From: Candidatus Sumerlaeaceae bacterium
GTDB lineage: Bacteria; Sumerlaeota; Sumerlaeia; Sumerlaeales; Sumerlaeaceae
Assembly (NCBI GenBank): GCA_026419455.1
Contig: JANZZJ010000261.1
Location: forward strand, 1 to 43,311
Direction: 5' to 3'
Length of the DNA: 43,311 nucleotides
Shown: piece after piece, positions 28,466 to 38,690 of the stretch
How positions within the stretch are numbered: the first letter of the stretch is position 1
Layout of the letters: every line of letters begins with the position of its first letter
Position numbers and translations under genes: made by a program
Notes under the pieces: generated by a model
Seen by the model: the letters and a program-made list of their open reading frames with translations, nothing else
The model's database searches: none
What the model was told of the DNA's origin: nothing

Positions 28466-30973
28466 TCAGTCAACTCCACATACCGCTGCCTTGAGCCACA
28501 ACTGCGAAGCGGCTTTCGCTCCTTTGCCGAGTTCGAGGGGAGGACCCACGCACGAAGGACAGCCATCGCGACACGGGCACTGTTCCACAAGCTCCAAAGC
28601 AGCACGGAAAATTGTGGCATACGACTCAAAAACCTTTCGAGCGAGTCCTGTGCCACCGGGGTATTTGTCGTACACAAATAGAGTGGGGAGGGCAGTATGT
28701 GGATCGCGCAAATTGGGAACAACGCCTACATCCTTTGGGTCGCACAGGACATAAAGCGGGACAACGTTCGTAAGGACATTGGCGACCCCCTGCAAACCAG
28801 CCGCTGCATCAAGCATCCGCTGCTCAAAACCGTGCAGAAGCGATGCGTCGTAGCAAAACCATGCGGCTTCAGTCTGCATTTCTAACGGCGGCACGTTAAC
28901 TTCACCGTAACCAACGTTTTCGTGAGTTTCAAAACGAAGCTTCTTATACTTTGCGATAACCGTGATGACAGCGACATTTCCGAACGACCGAAAACTAAGG
29001 GCGCTAGCGGAAGGCGCAGACGCACGCTTGCCGTTACCACTTTCCGATTCAAGTGATCGGCGGGCTCGCTCGTGACTGTCGTCGACAATGTCGCGCGACG
29101 CAGGAACCACATCAGCAGATGTTGGCAGAACGGGGTATTCCTGAGACTGGGCAGCAAGTTTCGTTGAGATGGGCGGTGCTATTTCGACCGAGGTGTCAAT
29201 AAAGTCCCCGGTTTTCACTTTTTCAGTCATGTCCTCGTAGAGAATACGAATATCCGTTTTTGCGAGGGCCTCTGTATAGTAGTCACTTTTGTGAGGTCGA
29301 ACGAACGCGGTGCGGCGATCCCAGTCCAGAAGGTCAACGTGGTAAACTTCTCCCAGGTGCATGTAAATAGCTTCGGTGTGGATGAGGAAGGGAGCAGAAT
29401 CGTAATCAATCTCAGCTATGACCCGGTTTTTGTCAGTAACATCAACAACGACGAAGTTTTCAGCGCTTGCGCTCCGTAGGGAAATATTTTCGCTCGGATA
29501 AATATCAGCGGACCAAAACCATTTTTCCCCGACGTGGCGGACAAGATGATCGGCCGCAAGGTATTCTAAAAACGAGCTGGGGTCGATTTTGCCGAATCGC
29601 TCACCATTGGAAAAAGGCAGCTCGAACGCAGCGCATTTGATGTGCGCAGCAAGAATGCTAGGATTGTCTGGATTTACGATGGCCATTTCCGGCGGCTTGC
29701 CGAAAAAATAATTGGGGTGAGTAACGACGTATTGATCGATAGGAAGAGAGCTTGCAATGAGCACGGCAACGGCCGTGTCGGCCTTGCGTCCGGCGCGTCC
29801 AGCTTGCTGCCACGTGCTAGAAACTGAGCCGGGATAACCGGCAAGAATGGCCGCACGTAGTTGCCCAATATCAATGCCGAGCTCGAGAGCGTTGGTGCTT
29901 ACGATACCTAGAATTTCGCCGGACTTTACCGCTCGCTCGATGATTCGGCGCTCGTTGGGAAGATAGCCGCCGCGGTAGCCGGCGATGCGGTCAGGATTTT
30001 GCCTGATGCGGCGCATGGCTTTTTTCAGATAATTCACGAGGAGCTCGACGCGCATGCGGCTCCGTGCGAAGATGATCGTCTGGATATTGTCAGCAAGAAA
30101 CCGTGTGGCAAGGCGGCGCGCTTCGTTAATTACATTGCGCCTTATCCCTAAGGCCTCGTTCACGACAGGCGGGTTATAGAATACGAAAAACTTTTCACCA
30201 GTGGGCGCTCCACTCTTGTCGATCAGACTGAATTCTCGCTCGCACAATTTTTCGGCTATCTCTTTAGGATTGGCTATTGTAGCGGAGCAGCAAATGTACT
30301 GCGGGTGGGCGCCGTAGAATTCACAAATCCGCTGCAGGCGCCGCAAAACGTTGGCAACATGCGAACCAAAAACGCCGCGATAATGATGAATTTCGTCAAT
30401 GATCACAAAGTCAAGGTGCTCAAAGACCCGGCTCCATGCAGTGTGGTTAGGCAGGATGCCAGTGTGTAGCATATCCGGATTGGTGAGGATGATGTTGCCT
30501 GCAGTGCGAATGGCTTTGCGAGCAGAAGCTGGGGTGTCTCCGTCGAACGTAAAGAATTTTACGTGACCGCCTGTGTCGGCGGCTAGCTCCTCTAGCTCGA
30601 TGTACTGGTCCTGGGCAAGTGCTTTAGTCGGGTATAAGTAGATAGCACAGCGCTTCGGATCCGTGAGTATTCGCTGGAGGACAGGGAGATTGAAGCAGAG
30701 GGTCTTGCCCGACGCTGTGGGGGTTACTACGACAACGTTTTTTCCTTCCAGAACCTGGGCCACGGCTTCAGCTTGATGGGAGTAAAGCTTATCAATGCCA
30801 CGGCGTTTTAACGCTTCGCGCAGACGAGGGTCGAGAGGCGTGGGAAAATCAGCATAGTTCGGCGCTTGAGCGGGAATGTGGGCAACATAAGTAATGTTGC
30901 GTGCGAGATGCGGAGTGGACAATATGCGATCGATAACACTGCGGAGATTTGGTTGGGATGGCCTAGAGGACAT
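28466..30973 (-). CDS. DEAH-box helicase with C-terminal DUF1998 metal-binding domain (MrfA/SftH/Hrq1 type)
   Basis: LYSHQ, TPTASGKT, YPTKALAQDQ, DEIH, SAT, TNALELGIDIG and QQAGRAGR motifs, plus YD..PGG.G and C..CPC..GCPSC. Confidence 0.93.
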   Translation of the reverse strand: MSSRPSQPNLRSVIDRILSTPHLARNITYVAHIPAQAPNYADFPTPLDPRLREALKRRGIDKLYSHQAEAVAQVLEGKNVVVVTPTASGKTLCFNLPVLQRILTDPKRCAIYLYPTKALAQDQYIELEELAADTGGHVKFFTFDGDTPASARKAIRTAGNIILTNPDMLHTGILPNHTAWSRVFEHLDFVIIDEIHHYRGVFGSHVANVLRRLQRICEFYGAHPQYICCSATIANPKEIAEKLCEREFSLIDKSGAPTGEKFFVFYNPPVVNEALGIRRNVINEARRLATRFLADNIQTIIFARSRMRVELLVNYLKKAMRRIRQNPDRIAGYRGGYLPNERRIIERAVKSGEILGIVSTNALELGIDIGQLRAAILAGYPGSVSSTWQQAGRAGRKADTAVAVLIASSLPIDQYVVTHPNYFFGKPPEMAIVNPDNPSILAAHIKCAAFELPFSNGERFGKIDPSSFLEYLAADHLVRHVGEKWFWSADIYPSENISLRSASAENFVVVDVTDKNRVIAEIDYDSAPFLIHTEAIYMHLGEVYHVDLLDWDRRTAFVRPHKSDYYTEALAKTDIRILYEDMTEKVKTGDFIDTSVEIAPPISTKLAAQSQEYPVLPTSADVVPASRDIVDDSHERARRSLESESGNGKRASAPSASALSFRSFGNVAVITVIAKYKKLRFETHENVGYGEVNVPPLEMQTEAAWFCYDASLLHGFEQRMLDAAAGLQGVANVLTNVVPLYVLCDPKDVGVVPNLRDPHTALPTLFVYDKYPGGTGLARKVFESYATIFRAALELVEQCPCRDGCPSCVGPPLELGKGAKAASQLWLKAAVCGVD

Positions 30974-31067
30974 CGTCGTTTCCTTCGCAAATACTGCTTT
31001 TCAAAAGTGGTGCTCACTAGAGTGTAGGGCGGAGCAAGTGGTGCTCAATGCCAAATGTTAGACGACA

Positions 31068-32012
31068 ATGAAAGAGATTATGAGGAAAGATCGTGGGCGA
31101 AAGTCAGTTGGCACGCTCAGGCACTGGCTCGAGTACGCCGGATGGTTGGCGATGGCAATGGTACTGCGCTGGCTGCCGCGCCGCGCCCTTGTATTGTTGG
31201 CAGATGCGCTCGGCTGGTTGCTCTATCGTGTCGCACGGGTGCGTCGCTCTGTGGTGGAGGAAAATCTGAGGCGCGCCTTTGGCACAACCAAGTCGAGGCG
31301 AGAGCTTGATCGCATTGCGCTTCGGGCCTACCAGAACGCTGTTCTTACATTCTGCGAATTTGTACGGCCTGACTACGTGGGCCAAACAGCAGTTGCACTT
31401 TATAGCGACGTGATTGGCCTAGACCATGCACTTCCGTTCATCAAGAAACCAGCTGTGTTTCTCACGGCACATATGGGCAATTGGGAATTACAGGGGGCAG
31501 CGATCTCCGCGATGGGCTTTCAAGTGGACGCTGTTCTGAAACCGCTGCATAATCCCTTTATTGACGGGTGGGTTGCGCGCCGACGGCAACAGGCAGGGTT
31601 TGGGCTCATTCCGACGACGGGGTCGCTAAAACGCATTGTCAGCTCAGTACGCCGCGGACGCCACCCAGTATTCCTCGCGGACCAGGATGCGCGCCGTTCG
31701 GGGCTGTTCGTAGATTTCCTCGGCTCCCCTGCTTCTACCGCAGCTGGACCGGCCTTTTTTGCCCTTAAGTTGGGCGTGCCCATTGTTGCAGGATTCTCCG
31801 TGCGTAACTGGGACCGACTTCGTACGTTGCGACTTCTAGTTTTTCCTCCACTTCACGCCGATCCCGATGCGCCTTTTGAAGAGGAAGTGGAGCGGCTTAC
31901 CAAGGCTCACGTGCAACTACTTGAGCAAGTGGTCAGGGAGCATCCCGAGAGCTATTTTTGGCTTCATCGCCGTTGGAAAACACGGCCCAAGGCGAAAGCC
32001 GGTAGTCTGTAG
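31068..32012 (+). CDS. LpxL/HtrB-family lipid A lauroyl / lysophospholipid acyltransferase
   Basis: AHMGNWE, LADQD, FLG and YFWLHRRWK motifs. Confidence 0.88.
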   Translation: MKEIMRKDRGRKSVGTLRHWLEYAGWLAMAMVLRWLPRRALVLLADALGWLLYRVARVRRSVVEENLRRAFGTTKSRRELDRIALRAYQNAVLTFCEFVRPDYVGQTAVALYSDVIGLDHALPFIKKPAVFLTAHMGNWELQGAAISAMGFQVDAVLKPLHNPFIDGWVARRRQQAGFGLIPTTGSLKRIVSSVRRGRHPVFLADQDARRSGLFVDFLGSPASTAAGPAFFALKLGVPIVAGFSVRNWDRLRTLRLLVFPPLHADPDAPFEEEVERLTKAHVQLLEQVVREHPESYFWLHRRWKTRPKAKAGSL

Positions 32013-32131
32013 TAAGTGAACTCGGTGGCCCTGAGCTCCGCAGGAAGCAGGAAATGCGCCAGGCTGCCAGGGCGGGAGAGGACGTTTTCGCGTTGCATTA
32101 ACAGAAAGGGGGCCAGTTATAGTCGGTGGCG

Positions 32132-33166
32132 ATGGTTCGCGTAGAGCACGTATCAAAGTATTTTGGTGACATCAAAGCTGTGGACGACCTGAGCTTTGAG
32201 GTTCTCGAGGGCGAGGTTTTAGGTTTCCTCGGACCCAATGGCGCGGGCAAAACCACAGCCATGCGGATTTTGACGTGTTACTTTCCCCCCTCGCAGGGAC
32301 GCGTGACCGTGGGGGGATTTGATGTCGTTACTGACTCTGACGAAGTACGTCGCATCGTCGGTTATATGCCAGAACACGTGCCAGTTTACCGTGACATGAC
32401 AGTAGAGGACGCGCTGGACTTTGTGGCTCATGCAAAAGGCTATGGCCCTGCTGCGAGACGACGCTTTGTTGATTCAGTGATCGAGGAGACAGGTCTGGGG
32501 ACGGTGCGCAAGCGCCTGATCGGACACCTGTCGAAGGGCTACCGCCAGCGTGTGGGTTTAGCCCAAGCTTTAATTGGTGAGCCCAAGGTGCTTATCTTAG
32601 ATGAGCCCACAGTTGGGCTCGACCCGCGCCAGATTGCAGAAGTCCGCCAGCTGATCAAAAATATGGCAGGTCGCCGAACAGTGATACTGAGCACTCATAT
32701 TCTGCCCGAAGTGCAGATGACGTGTTCACGGGTCGTCATTATCAATCAGGGGCGGATTGCAGCTAGTGGGACGCCCCAAAAGCTAACCACCCAGATGCGC
32801 GGGGGCACGCAGGTTGTTGTTAAGGCCATCGCACCGGAGCAAAAGCTGCGGGAGATGCTCGAACAACTCCCTCAGGTGAAAAAAGTAATTCCGCGGGAAA
32901 CCTTGCCGACGCAAGCCAGCGATGATGGGACGATAGGTGATCGGCTTTGCGAATTGGTTGTCGAAACCAGTTCACTCTCGCCCGAAATAAATACCACAGT
33001 GGCTGATGCAGTGGTGCGACGCGGATGGCGCCTTGTGGAACTCTATGAAGCAGGCATGACGTTAGAAGAGATCTTTCTCAGAGTTATCGCGAGTGATACG
33101 GCTGAAGCTTCCACAGGTAAGGCCGACCTGCAGGAGAAAGCATCCGCGGAGGTCATGAAGTCATGA
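32132..33166 (+). CDS. ABC transporter ATP-binding protein (GldA-like)
   Basis: GPNGAGKTT, LSKGYRQRVGLAQAL, ILDEPT and STHILPEV motifs. Confidence 0.92.
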   Translation: MVRVEHVSKYFGDIKAVDDLSFEVLEGEVLGFLGPNGAGKTTAMRILTCYFPPSQGRVTVGGFDVVTDSDEVRRIVGYMPEHVPVYRDMTVEDALDFVAHAKGYGPAARRRFVDSVIEETGLGTVRKRLIGHLSKGYRQRVGLAQALIGEPKVLILDEPTVGLDPRQIAEVRQLIKNMAGRRTVILSTHILPEVQMTCSRVVIINQGRIAASGTPQKLTTQMRGGTQVVVKAIAPEQKLREMLEQLPQVKKVIPRETLPTQASDDGTIGDRLCELVVETSSLSPEINTTVADAVVRRGWRLVELYEAGMTLEEIFLRVIASDTAEASTGKADLQEKASAEVMKS

Positions 33167-33939
33167 GGGTGCACTTTTATCCAATACTTCGCCGAGAACT
33201 TAAAAGCTATACGACGAGCCCAACAGTCTACATAGCCGCTGGACTGTTTCTCTTTATGAGCGGTTTGCTTTTTTACGGCATTCTGGAGAATTTCTCCCTA
33301 TTATCAGGCGACGCGCAGTACCGGCGGGAGATGGGCTTTGAGAAGCTCAATTTTACACGCCACGTCGTATCCAATCTTTATTGGATCATTAACTTTCTCC
33401 TGCTATTTGTAGTGCCAGCATTTACCATGCGCCTGATAGCGGAAGAAAAAAAGACGGGAACTTTTGAACTGCTGGTTTCACTTCCCTTTCGTGACTGGGA
33501 CATTGTCGTTGGGAAATTCCTCGCCGCCTATGCCGTTCTCGGCGTTATCTTGGGTATTTGCGGCTACTATGTTCTCATTATGATGCGCTTTGGCACACCA
33601 GAATTGCCAGTTGTGGCAGTTGCGTACCTGGGGAGTTTTATCGTTGCAGCTGCGTATGTGGCGATAGGTCTTTTTGCGTCGTCGCTGACGGAAAATCAAA
33701 TAGTTGCGGCAATTCTGGCTTTTGTGATCTTGTTGGGGCTTTATCTTATAGGCGACTTCACGACGCCGGCAGCGGGAGGGATTTCGCGTGTGCTTGAGGC
33801 CCTTTCATTTCGCTACCACAGCGAACAATTTACCCATGGTTTGTTGAGGGTGCAGGACGCGGGGTATTTTGCCGTTGTAGTTGTTGCAGCTCTATTTATG
33901 ACGTGTCGAGTTCTGGAACTGAGGAGGTTGCGCCCCTGA
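33163..33939 (+). CDS. ABC-2 permease (GldF-like)
   Basis: TMRLIAEEKKTGTFELL, GKFLA and GLFASSLTENQIVAA motifs. Confidence 0.9.
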   Translation: MRVHFYPILRRELKSYTTSPTVYIAAGLFLFMSGLLFYGILENFSLLSGDAQYRREMGFEKLNFTRHVVSNLYWIINFLLLFVVPAFTMRLIAEEKKTGTFELLVSLPFRDWDIVVGKFLAAYAVLGVILGICGYYVLIMMRFGTPELPVVAVAYLGSFIVAAAYVAIGLFASSLTENQIVAAILAFVILLGLYLIGDFTTPAAGGISRVLEALSFRYHSEQFTHGLLRVQDAGYFAVVVVAALFMTCRVLELRRLRP

Positions 33940-35537
33940 TGCGTCCTCTTCGTCTCTTATCTTACCTTGGTCTGTTGATGCTTCTCAGTGGATTGGTAGC
34001 AACTGGTCTCCACGGACGCTTTACAGCTGTGACCGCCCCAGTTTGCATCGTCGGTCTGTTGTTGGCACTTTTGTTTTTTGCTCCCCAAACGACGCGCAAC
34101 CTGAAGCTCTACAGCTATTTTGGTGCGTACAGCACGCTTGTGATCGGAACGCTGGTTCTCCTTTTTTTGATTTTGGAGCGCCACGGCTGGCAGTACGATG
34201 CCACACGTAATAAACGCTACAGCCTGACGCCCATAACACTCAATTTTCTCAAGCGTCTTCCCCAGCCGGTGCACATCACGGCCTTTGTTGCCGAAACGGA
34301 AAAAGATCAGGCACGGCTGCTATTGGAACAATACGCTGCAGCCTCGCCTAAGGTCAGTTATACCATTGCCAATCCTTTTCGTGAAGCGATGTTAGCGCGC
34401 CGCTACGGGCTGCAGGTAATGCCTGGGGACATTTTTATTGAGGCTGTGACAAGTTCCACTCAGGCAAACACGCGGGTGACACGAGTCAATCGCATTAGCG
34501 AGCAGGACATCACCAATGGGATAGTGCAGGTTTTGCGAGATCGAGACATTGTGCTCTATTTCCTGATAGGACACGACGAGCTCCCGTTGGAAAGAAGCAC
34601 AGCTCTCGCGACGCTCGCGGGCCAGAAGGTATCTTTGCGAGATCTTGCGTGGGTTCGAGATCAGCTAGAACGGATGGGGATGCGGGTGGTTCCCCTCTCG
34701 TTAGCGCAGCGAGGGCGGGTGCCAAGCGATGCTAGCGCCGTCGTGTGGGTTGGCCCGCGCAGCGATCTCTCGGGTTTAGAGGCTCAGCTTTTGCGGCAGT
34801 ACCTGGAGGAAGGTGGACGCGTACTCTTACTCTTGCCCCCCGACCTTCCGCAAACAACGGGGGAAATCAGTTCGGTTTTTCGCAATGTTGGCGAGCTCCT
34901 CGGACGTTTTGGCATCATTTTGCCTAATGAGTTAGTGGTGAGAGTGGGTGCCGGCCAGCCGAGCATGGACCATTTCAGTGTCCCAGCGATATTCCTGCCT
35001 CACCCGATCACCGATATCTCACTAGAGGAGCCACTATTTTTTACTTACGCGCGACCGGTTCAGCCAGCATCCCTGCTTCCTTCGGATATGCGTGTGGACA
35101 CCATCGTTCAAAGTCCTGGCGATTGCGTGCGTTTGAGTAGCGCTGAGGTTGCCACTGCGATCGTTCGCCGTCAGGATCTATCCAAAGCGTTTTCCCCCCA
35201 GGAAATTGGAGCCGTACCGTTGGGAGTTGCAGCACTGAGAGTGGACCCCAACAAACCAGAGGAAAAAGCCGCACGCCTGGTGGTTTTTGGGAATTCCGAC
35301 TTTGTGTCGAGTGAGCGCATCAACCAGAAAGGGTGGCTGCTTTTTAGCAATGCCGTAAACTGGCTAGTACAGTCAGGGGAGCTTCTGCCCATTCCGTCCG
35401 TGGACATTGAAAATACGCCAATTGTTCTCAGCGAGGGAGAGCGGCAGTTTTTGTTTCTCACGATGGTGATTTTCGTGCCTACTTTTGTTGGTTTGATCGG
35501 CCTAGGCTACAGCTTAGCGAGGCGGGAGCGGCAATGA
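33939..35537 (+). CDS. GldG-like ABC auxiliary component
   Basis: ATG overlaps the upstream TGA. DATRNKRYSL, EQDITNGI, YFLIGHDE, YLEEGGR and LVVFGNSDF motifs, plus a C-terminal TM. Confidence 0.85.
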   Translation: MRPLRLLSYLGLLMLLSGLVATGLHGRFTAVTAPVCIVGLLLALLFFAPQTTRNLKLYSYFGAYSTLVIGTLVLLFLILERHGWQYDATRNKRYSLTPITLNFLKRLPQPVHITAFVAETEKDQARLLLEQYAAASPKVSYTIANPFREAMLARRYGLQVMPGDIFIEAVTSSTQANTRVTRVNRISEQDITNGIVQVLRDRDIVLYFLIGHDELPLERSTALATLAGQKVSLRDLAWVRDQLERMGMRVVPLSLAQRGRVPSDASAVVWVGPRSDLSGLEAQLLRQYLEEGGRVLLLLPPDLPQTTGEISSVFRNVGELLGRFGIILPNELVVRVGAGQPSMDHFSVPAIFLPHPITDISLEEPLFFTYARPVQPASLLPSDMRVDTIVQSPGDCVRLSSAEVATAIVRRQDLSKAFSPQEIGAVPLGVAALRVDPNKPEEKAARLVVFGNSDFVSSERINQKGWLLFSNAVNWLVQSGELLPIPSVDIENTPIVLSEGERQFLFLTMVIFVPTFVGLIGLGYSLARRERQ

Positions 35538-37306
35538 GCGCGAAGAGACTTATTTTTGCAACCCTAGCGTTCATTTTGGCGCTTGGGCTGTATCTTGTGG
35601 ACCGCATGCAGGCAGAAAAAGCGGTGTATGCCGCGGTGAACGAGGCCTCTTTAGCTCCTGGCATTAACGCTAGTGAAGTGCAGGAAATAGAGCTCCAGAA
35701 CAGGTTCGGAGTGATCCGGCTTCAGCGCGACAAAAAAGACTGGTGGATGCGTTCTCCGGTCGATGCCCCTGCCGACAGAGAAACGGTTGAGCAGCTTCTT
35801 GTGAACGTCACGGGAGCACGCAAGCGCAACGAAATCTCTGCGGAAGAGCTGGAGCAATATGGGCTGGATAATCCAATTGTTCGCCTAACGCTAAAAACCT
35901 CGAAGGGTCAGATATTTGAACTTCTGATAGGCTTAACGTCCACATACACAGGACAAGTGTTTGCCACCTATCCTCAGTCGAAGCGCGTGTTTACCATCAG
36001 TGAAGGTGTGAAGAACACTTTGCTTCGCCAGCCCTTAGATTTCCAAAGAACGCGACTCGTGGAAGTCGATGTAGGAGCACTGGATTCCTACACAACGATC
36101 CGGTTCGAGCAACCCAATAGAACTCTGGAATTGCGCAATGAGCGCGGCCATTGGCAGATTGCGATTCCAGAAACGGCGCCAGCGGAAAACGCTGTGGTGG
36201 AAGAATTCCTTCGTCGCGTGAGCATGTTGCGAGCGTCGGGATTCGTGACTCAGGATTCAGACAAACCGACAAGTTTAGCTGCAGCACTTGAGGCCTTATC
36301 GCGCCCAGTGCTGAAATTCGAGCTCAAACATGCTACTCAACCGGCGCAGCAGCTTGTGGTTGGCCGTTTGGGGCCAGGGGAGCGGCCAATTTACGTTGCA
36401 AAAACTAACAATGCGCCCGAGATTCTCCACTTTGGCCACGAGAAATTCGCCGAGTTCGATGTAGATGAGAATCACTTTCGGTCGCGTAATCTGTTCACGC
36501 TGCGCCCCACCGATGTGGGCTACGTGATTTTTGAAATCGGCCGCGCACGAACGGATCTCATGCGCAACGAAAAAGGTGAGTGGGAGTTTGTCGGCGATGC
36601 GACGCGGCGAGTGGATCAGGATAAGGTTAACGCGCGGCTCGAATCGCTGCTGGGCCTCAAAATACGCGAGTACGTGGATAGCGACCCGCGCGATGCCTCG
36701 GTTTACGGTTTAGCTCCGCCACGATTTCGCTTTACGGTGACAGCGCGCGACAAATCGCGCAGCGAAATTCTCGAAATTGGCAAAAGCGAGCCACAGAACG
36801 TCACCAGCGTTTATGCGCGTAAGGGGGGAGACGCAAAAGTTTTCACTATTGAGATGGGACGGGAATTGATCGTGCTCCCTGAGAGCTTAGCGGATCCCCA
36901 TTTCGCTGCCTTCGACGACAAAAAGGCCGTACGTGTGACGATTGAACTAGGTGGGGAAAAATACGATCTGCGGCGCGACGGCCCCGAATGGAAGGTACTG
37001 AGACCTGGACACAACGTTTACTCGCCTGTAGACCTTGGAAAGTGGCGCCGTGTAGTTGAGACTTTGCAACGCCTAAAATTTGAGAAAGATTTCACAGCCA
37101 GCGGGGAGCAGGTTATTGCCCCAGTGGAACAGCAGACACTGCGGCTGACGGCCTACGGCGACAACGAAACAGTGCTCGTCTCCTTTGAGGTCGGCAAACG
37201 CCTGCCCAAGACTTCTTTTGTTACGGACGGACAGAAACGCGTTTACGAAGTGTTGAACTCCGAGCTGGATCTTCTGCTTTCACAATTGCGCTCACTACTG
37301 GAATAA
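35534..37306 (+). CDS. DUF4340-like membrane-anchored protein with about three repeated domains
   Basis: N-terminal anchor; repeated W..P..AD/VD...YGL..P units; typical fourth gene after GldAFG-like ABC genes. Confidence 0.75.
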   Translation: MSAKRLIFATLAFILALGLYLVDRMQAEKAVYAAVNEASLAPGINASEVQEIELQNRFGVIRLQRDKKDWWMRSPVDAPADRETVEQLLVNVTGARKRNEISAEELEQYGLDNPIVRLTLKTSKGQIFELLIGLTSTYTGQVFATYPQSKRVFTISEGVKNTLLRQPLDFQRTRLVEVDVGALDSYTTIRFEQPNRTLELRNERGHWQIAIPETAPAENAVVEEFLRRVSMLRASGFVTQDSDKPTSLAAALEALSRPVLKFELKHATQPAQQLVVGRLGPGERPIYVAKTNNAPEILHFGHEKFAEFDVDENHFRSRNLFTLRPTDVGYVIFEIGRARTDLMRNEKGEWEFVGDATRRVDQDKVNARLESLLGLKIREYVDSDPRDASVYGLAPPRFRFTVTARDKSRSEILEIGKSEPQNVTSVYARKGGDAKVFTIEMGRELIVLPESLADPHFAAFDDKKAVRVTIELGGEKYDLRRDGPEWKVLRPGHNVYSPVDLGKWRRVVETLQRLKFEKDFTASGEQVIAPVEQQTLRLTAYGDNETVLVSFEVGKRLPKTSFVTDGQKRVYEVLNSELDLLLSQLRSLLE

Positions 37307-37338
37307 GCTTCTCATGCGACATTGCGGCACCAGGTAAT

Positions 37339-37372
37339 AAAATAAGTGAGGGCGCCTCTGATCGGGCGCCCT
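37339..37372 (-). terminator. Terminator hairpin between convergent genes (best fits gltA)
   Basis: AGGGCGCC (37349-37356) / GGCGCCCT (37365-37372); the minus strand continues CACTTATTTT. Confidence 0.55.
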
Positions 37373-37403
37373 GTGCTTAGCAATCGTTGGGGGTTACGCC
37401 AGT

Positions 37404-38690
37404 TCAGCGTTTTTCCATGGGGACATAGTCCGTTATGGTTTCCCCAATGTAAATCTGCCGCGGCCGCGCAATGCGGGCCGTCGGGTCGTCGTGTTGTTCT
37501 TTCCATTGAGCAATCCAGCCCGGCAAGCGGCCAATGGCAAACATGACTGTAAACATGTTTAACGGGATTCCCAGAGCACGCATGATAATGCCGCTGTAGA
37601 AATCCACGTTGGGGTAGAGCTTGCGCTCGACGAAATAAGAATCCTGAAGGGCAAGTTCCTCAAGTTTGCGAGCAATATCAAGCAAGGGGTCGTTCACGCC
37701 AAGTTTGGCGAGCACTTTGTCGCACTGTTCTTTGAGGATTTTGGCGCGCGGATCGAAGTTCTTGTACACGCGATGGCCAAAGCCCATCAGCCTGAAGCCG
37801 CTGTCTTTGTCCTTTGCCATTTTCAAGCACTGCTCGGGCGTCAAGCCGCCCTTGTACATAGCTTCAAGCATCTCGATGACGGCGACGTTCGCTCCGCCGT
37901 GAAGTGGCCCCCACAAAGCACAAACACCCGCCGCGCAGGAGGCAAACAGATTTGCCCGGCTGGAACCAACCATGCGCACTGTGGATGTGCTGCAGTTTTG
38001 CTCGTGATCTGCGTGAAGAATGAGCACAAGATTTAACGCGTCCTCTACTTCGTGGGGGACCTCGTACTCGGCGTAGGGCATGGAGAACATCATATGGAGG
38101 AAGTTTGCACAGTAGCGACGCTTCGGATCAGGGTACATGAAGGGGAGGCCACGCGAACGCCGATACGAGTATGCTGCGATGGTGCGCACCTTACTGATAA
38201 GCTTTGCTGCCGCGTGCTCGAAGGCTTCATCGTCTTCAAACTTTGAAAACTGCGGCTCAAAGCATGACAGAGTGTTTATCATCGCAGACAAAATTGCCAT
38301 GGGGGGCGCATCAACGGGGAAACCCTCGAAGTGGTGCTTCATGGCTTCGTGCAAGGGAGCATACTCGGTTAGTAAAGCACTAAAGCGTTCAAGCTCTTCT
38401 TTCTTAGGGAATCGCCCGAATATGAGTAGCCACGCTACTTCGACAAAATTGGGGTGGTCGACAAATTGTTCAATGGGCACTCCGCGATAACGAAGAATCC
38501 CCTTTTCGCCGTCGATAAAAGTGATAGTGCTTTTGCAGCTGCCGGTATTTCCAAATCCGGGATCGTAGGTAATATAGCCAGTCTTGGAGCGGAGGTTCGT
38601 GATGTCGATGGCTTTTTCACCCTCAGTTCCCACAATCACAGGCAATTCGATTGTCTGATCGCCGAGGATTAATTTCGCCGTTTCTGTCAT
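37404..38690 (-). CDS. gltA: Citrate synthase
   Basis: YDPGF.NT, LHADHEQNCST, GPLHGGAN, GFGHRVYK, YPNVDFYSG and RPRQIY motifs. Confidence 0.97.
   Translation of the reverse strand: MTETAKLILGDQTIELPVIVGTEGEKAIDITNLRSKTGYITYDPGFGNTGSCKSTITFIDGEKGILRYRGVPIEQFVDHPNFVEVAWLLIFGRFPKKEELERFSALLTEYAPLHEAMKHHFEGFPVDAPPMAILSAMINTLSCFEPQFSKFEDDEAFEHAAAKLISKVRTIAAYSYRRSRGLPFMYPDPKRRYCANFLHMMFSMPYAEYEVPHEVEDALNLVLILHADHEQNCSTSTVRMVGSSRANLFASCAAGVCALWGPLHGGANVAVIEMLEAMYKGGLTPEQCLKMAKDKDSGFRLMGFGHRVYKNFDPRAKILKEQCDKVLAKLGVNDPLLDIARKLEELALQDSYFVERKLYPNVDFYSGIIMRALGIPLNMFTVMFAIGRLPGWIAQWKEQHDDPTARIARPRQIYIGETITDYVPMEKR

Noticed and set aside
15139-30973. WYL + TatD + DUF1998 helicase as an anti-phage defence island (e.g. 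DISARM or Druantia)
   Set aside because: The genes are kilobases apart among housekeeping genes, with no methylase or other system components. The helicase fits the stand-alone MrfA/Hrq1 repair type.
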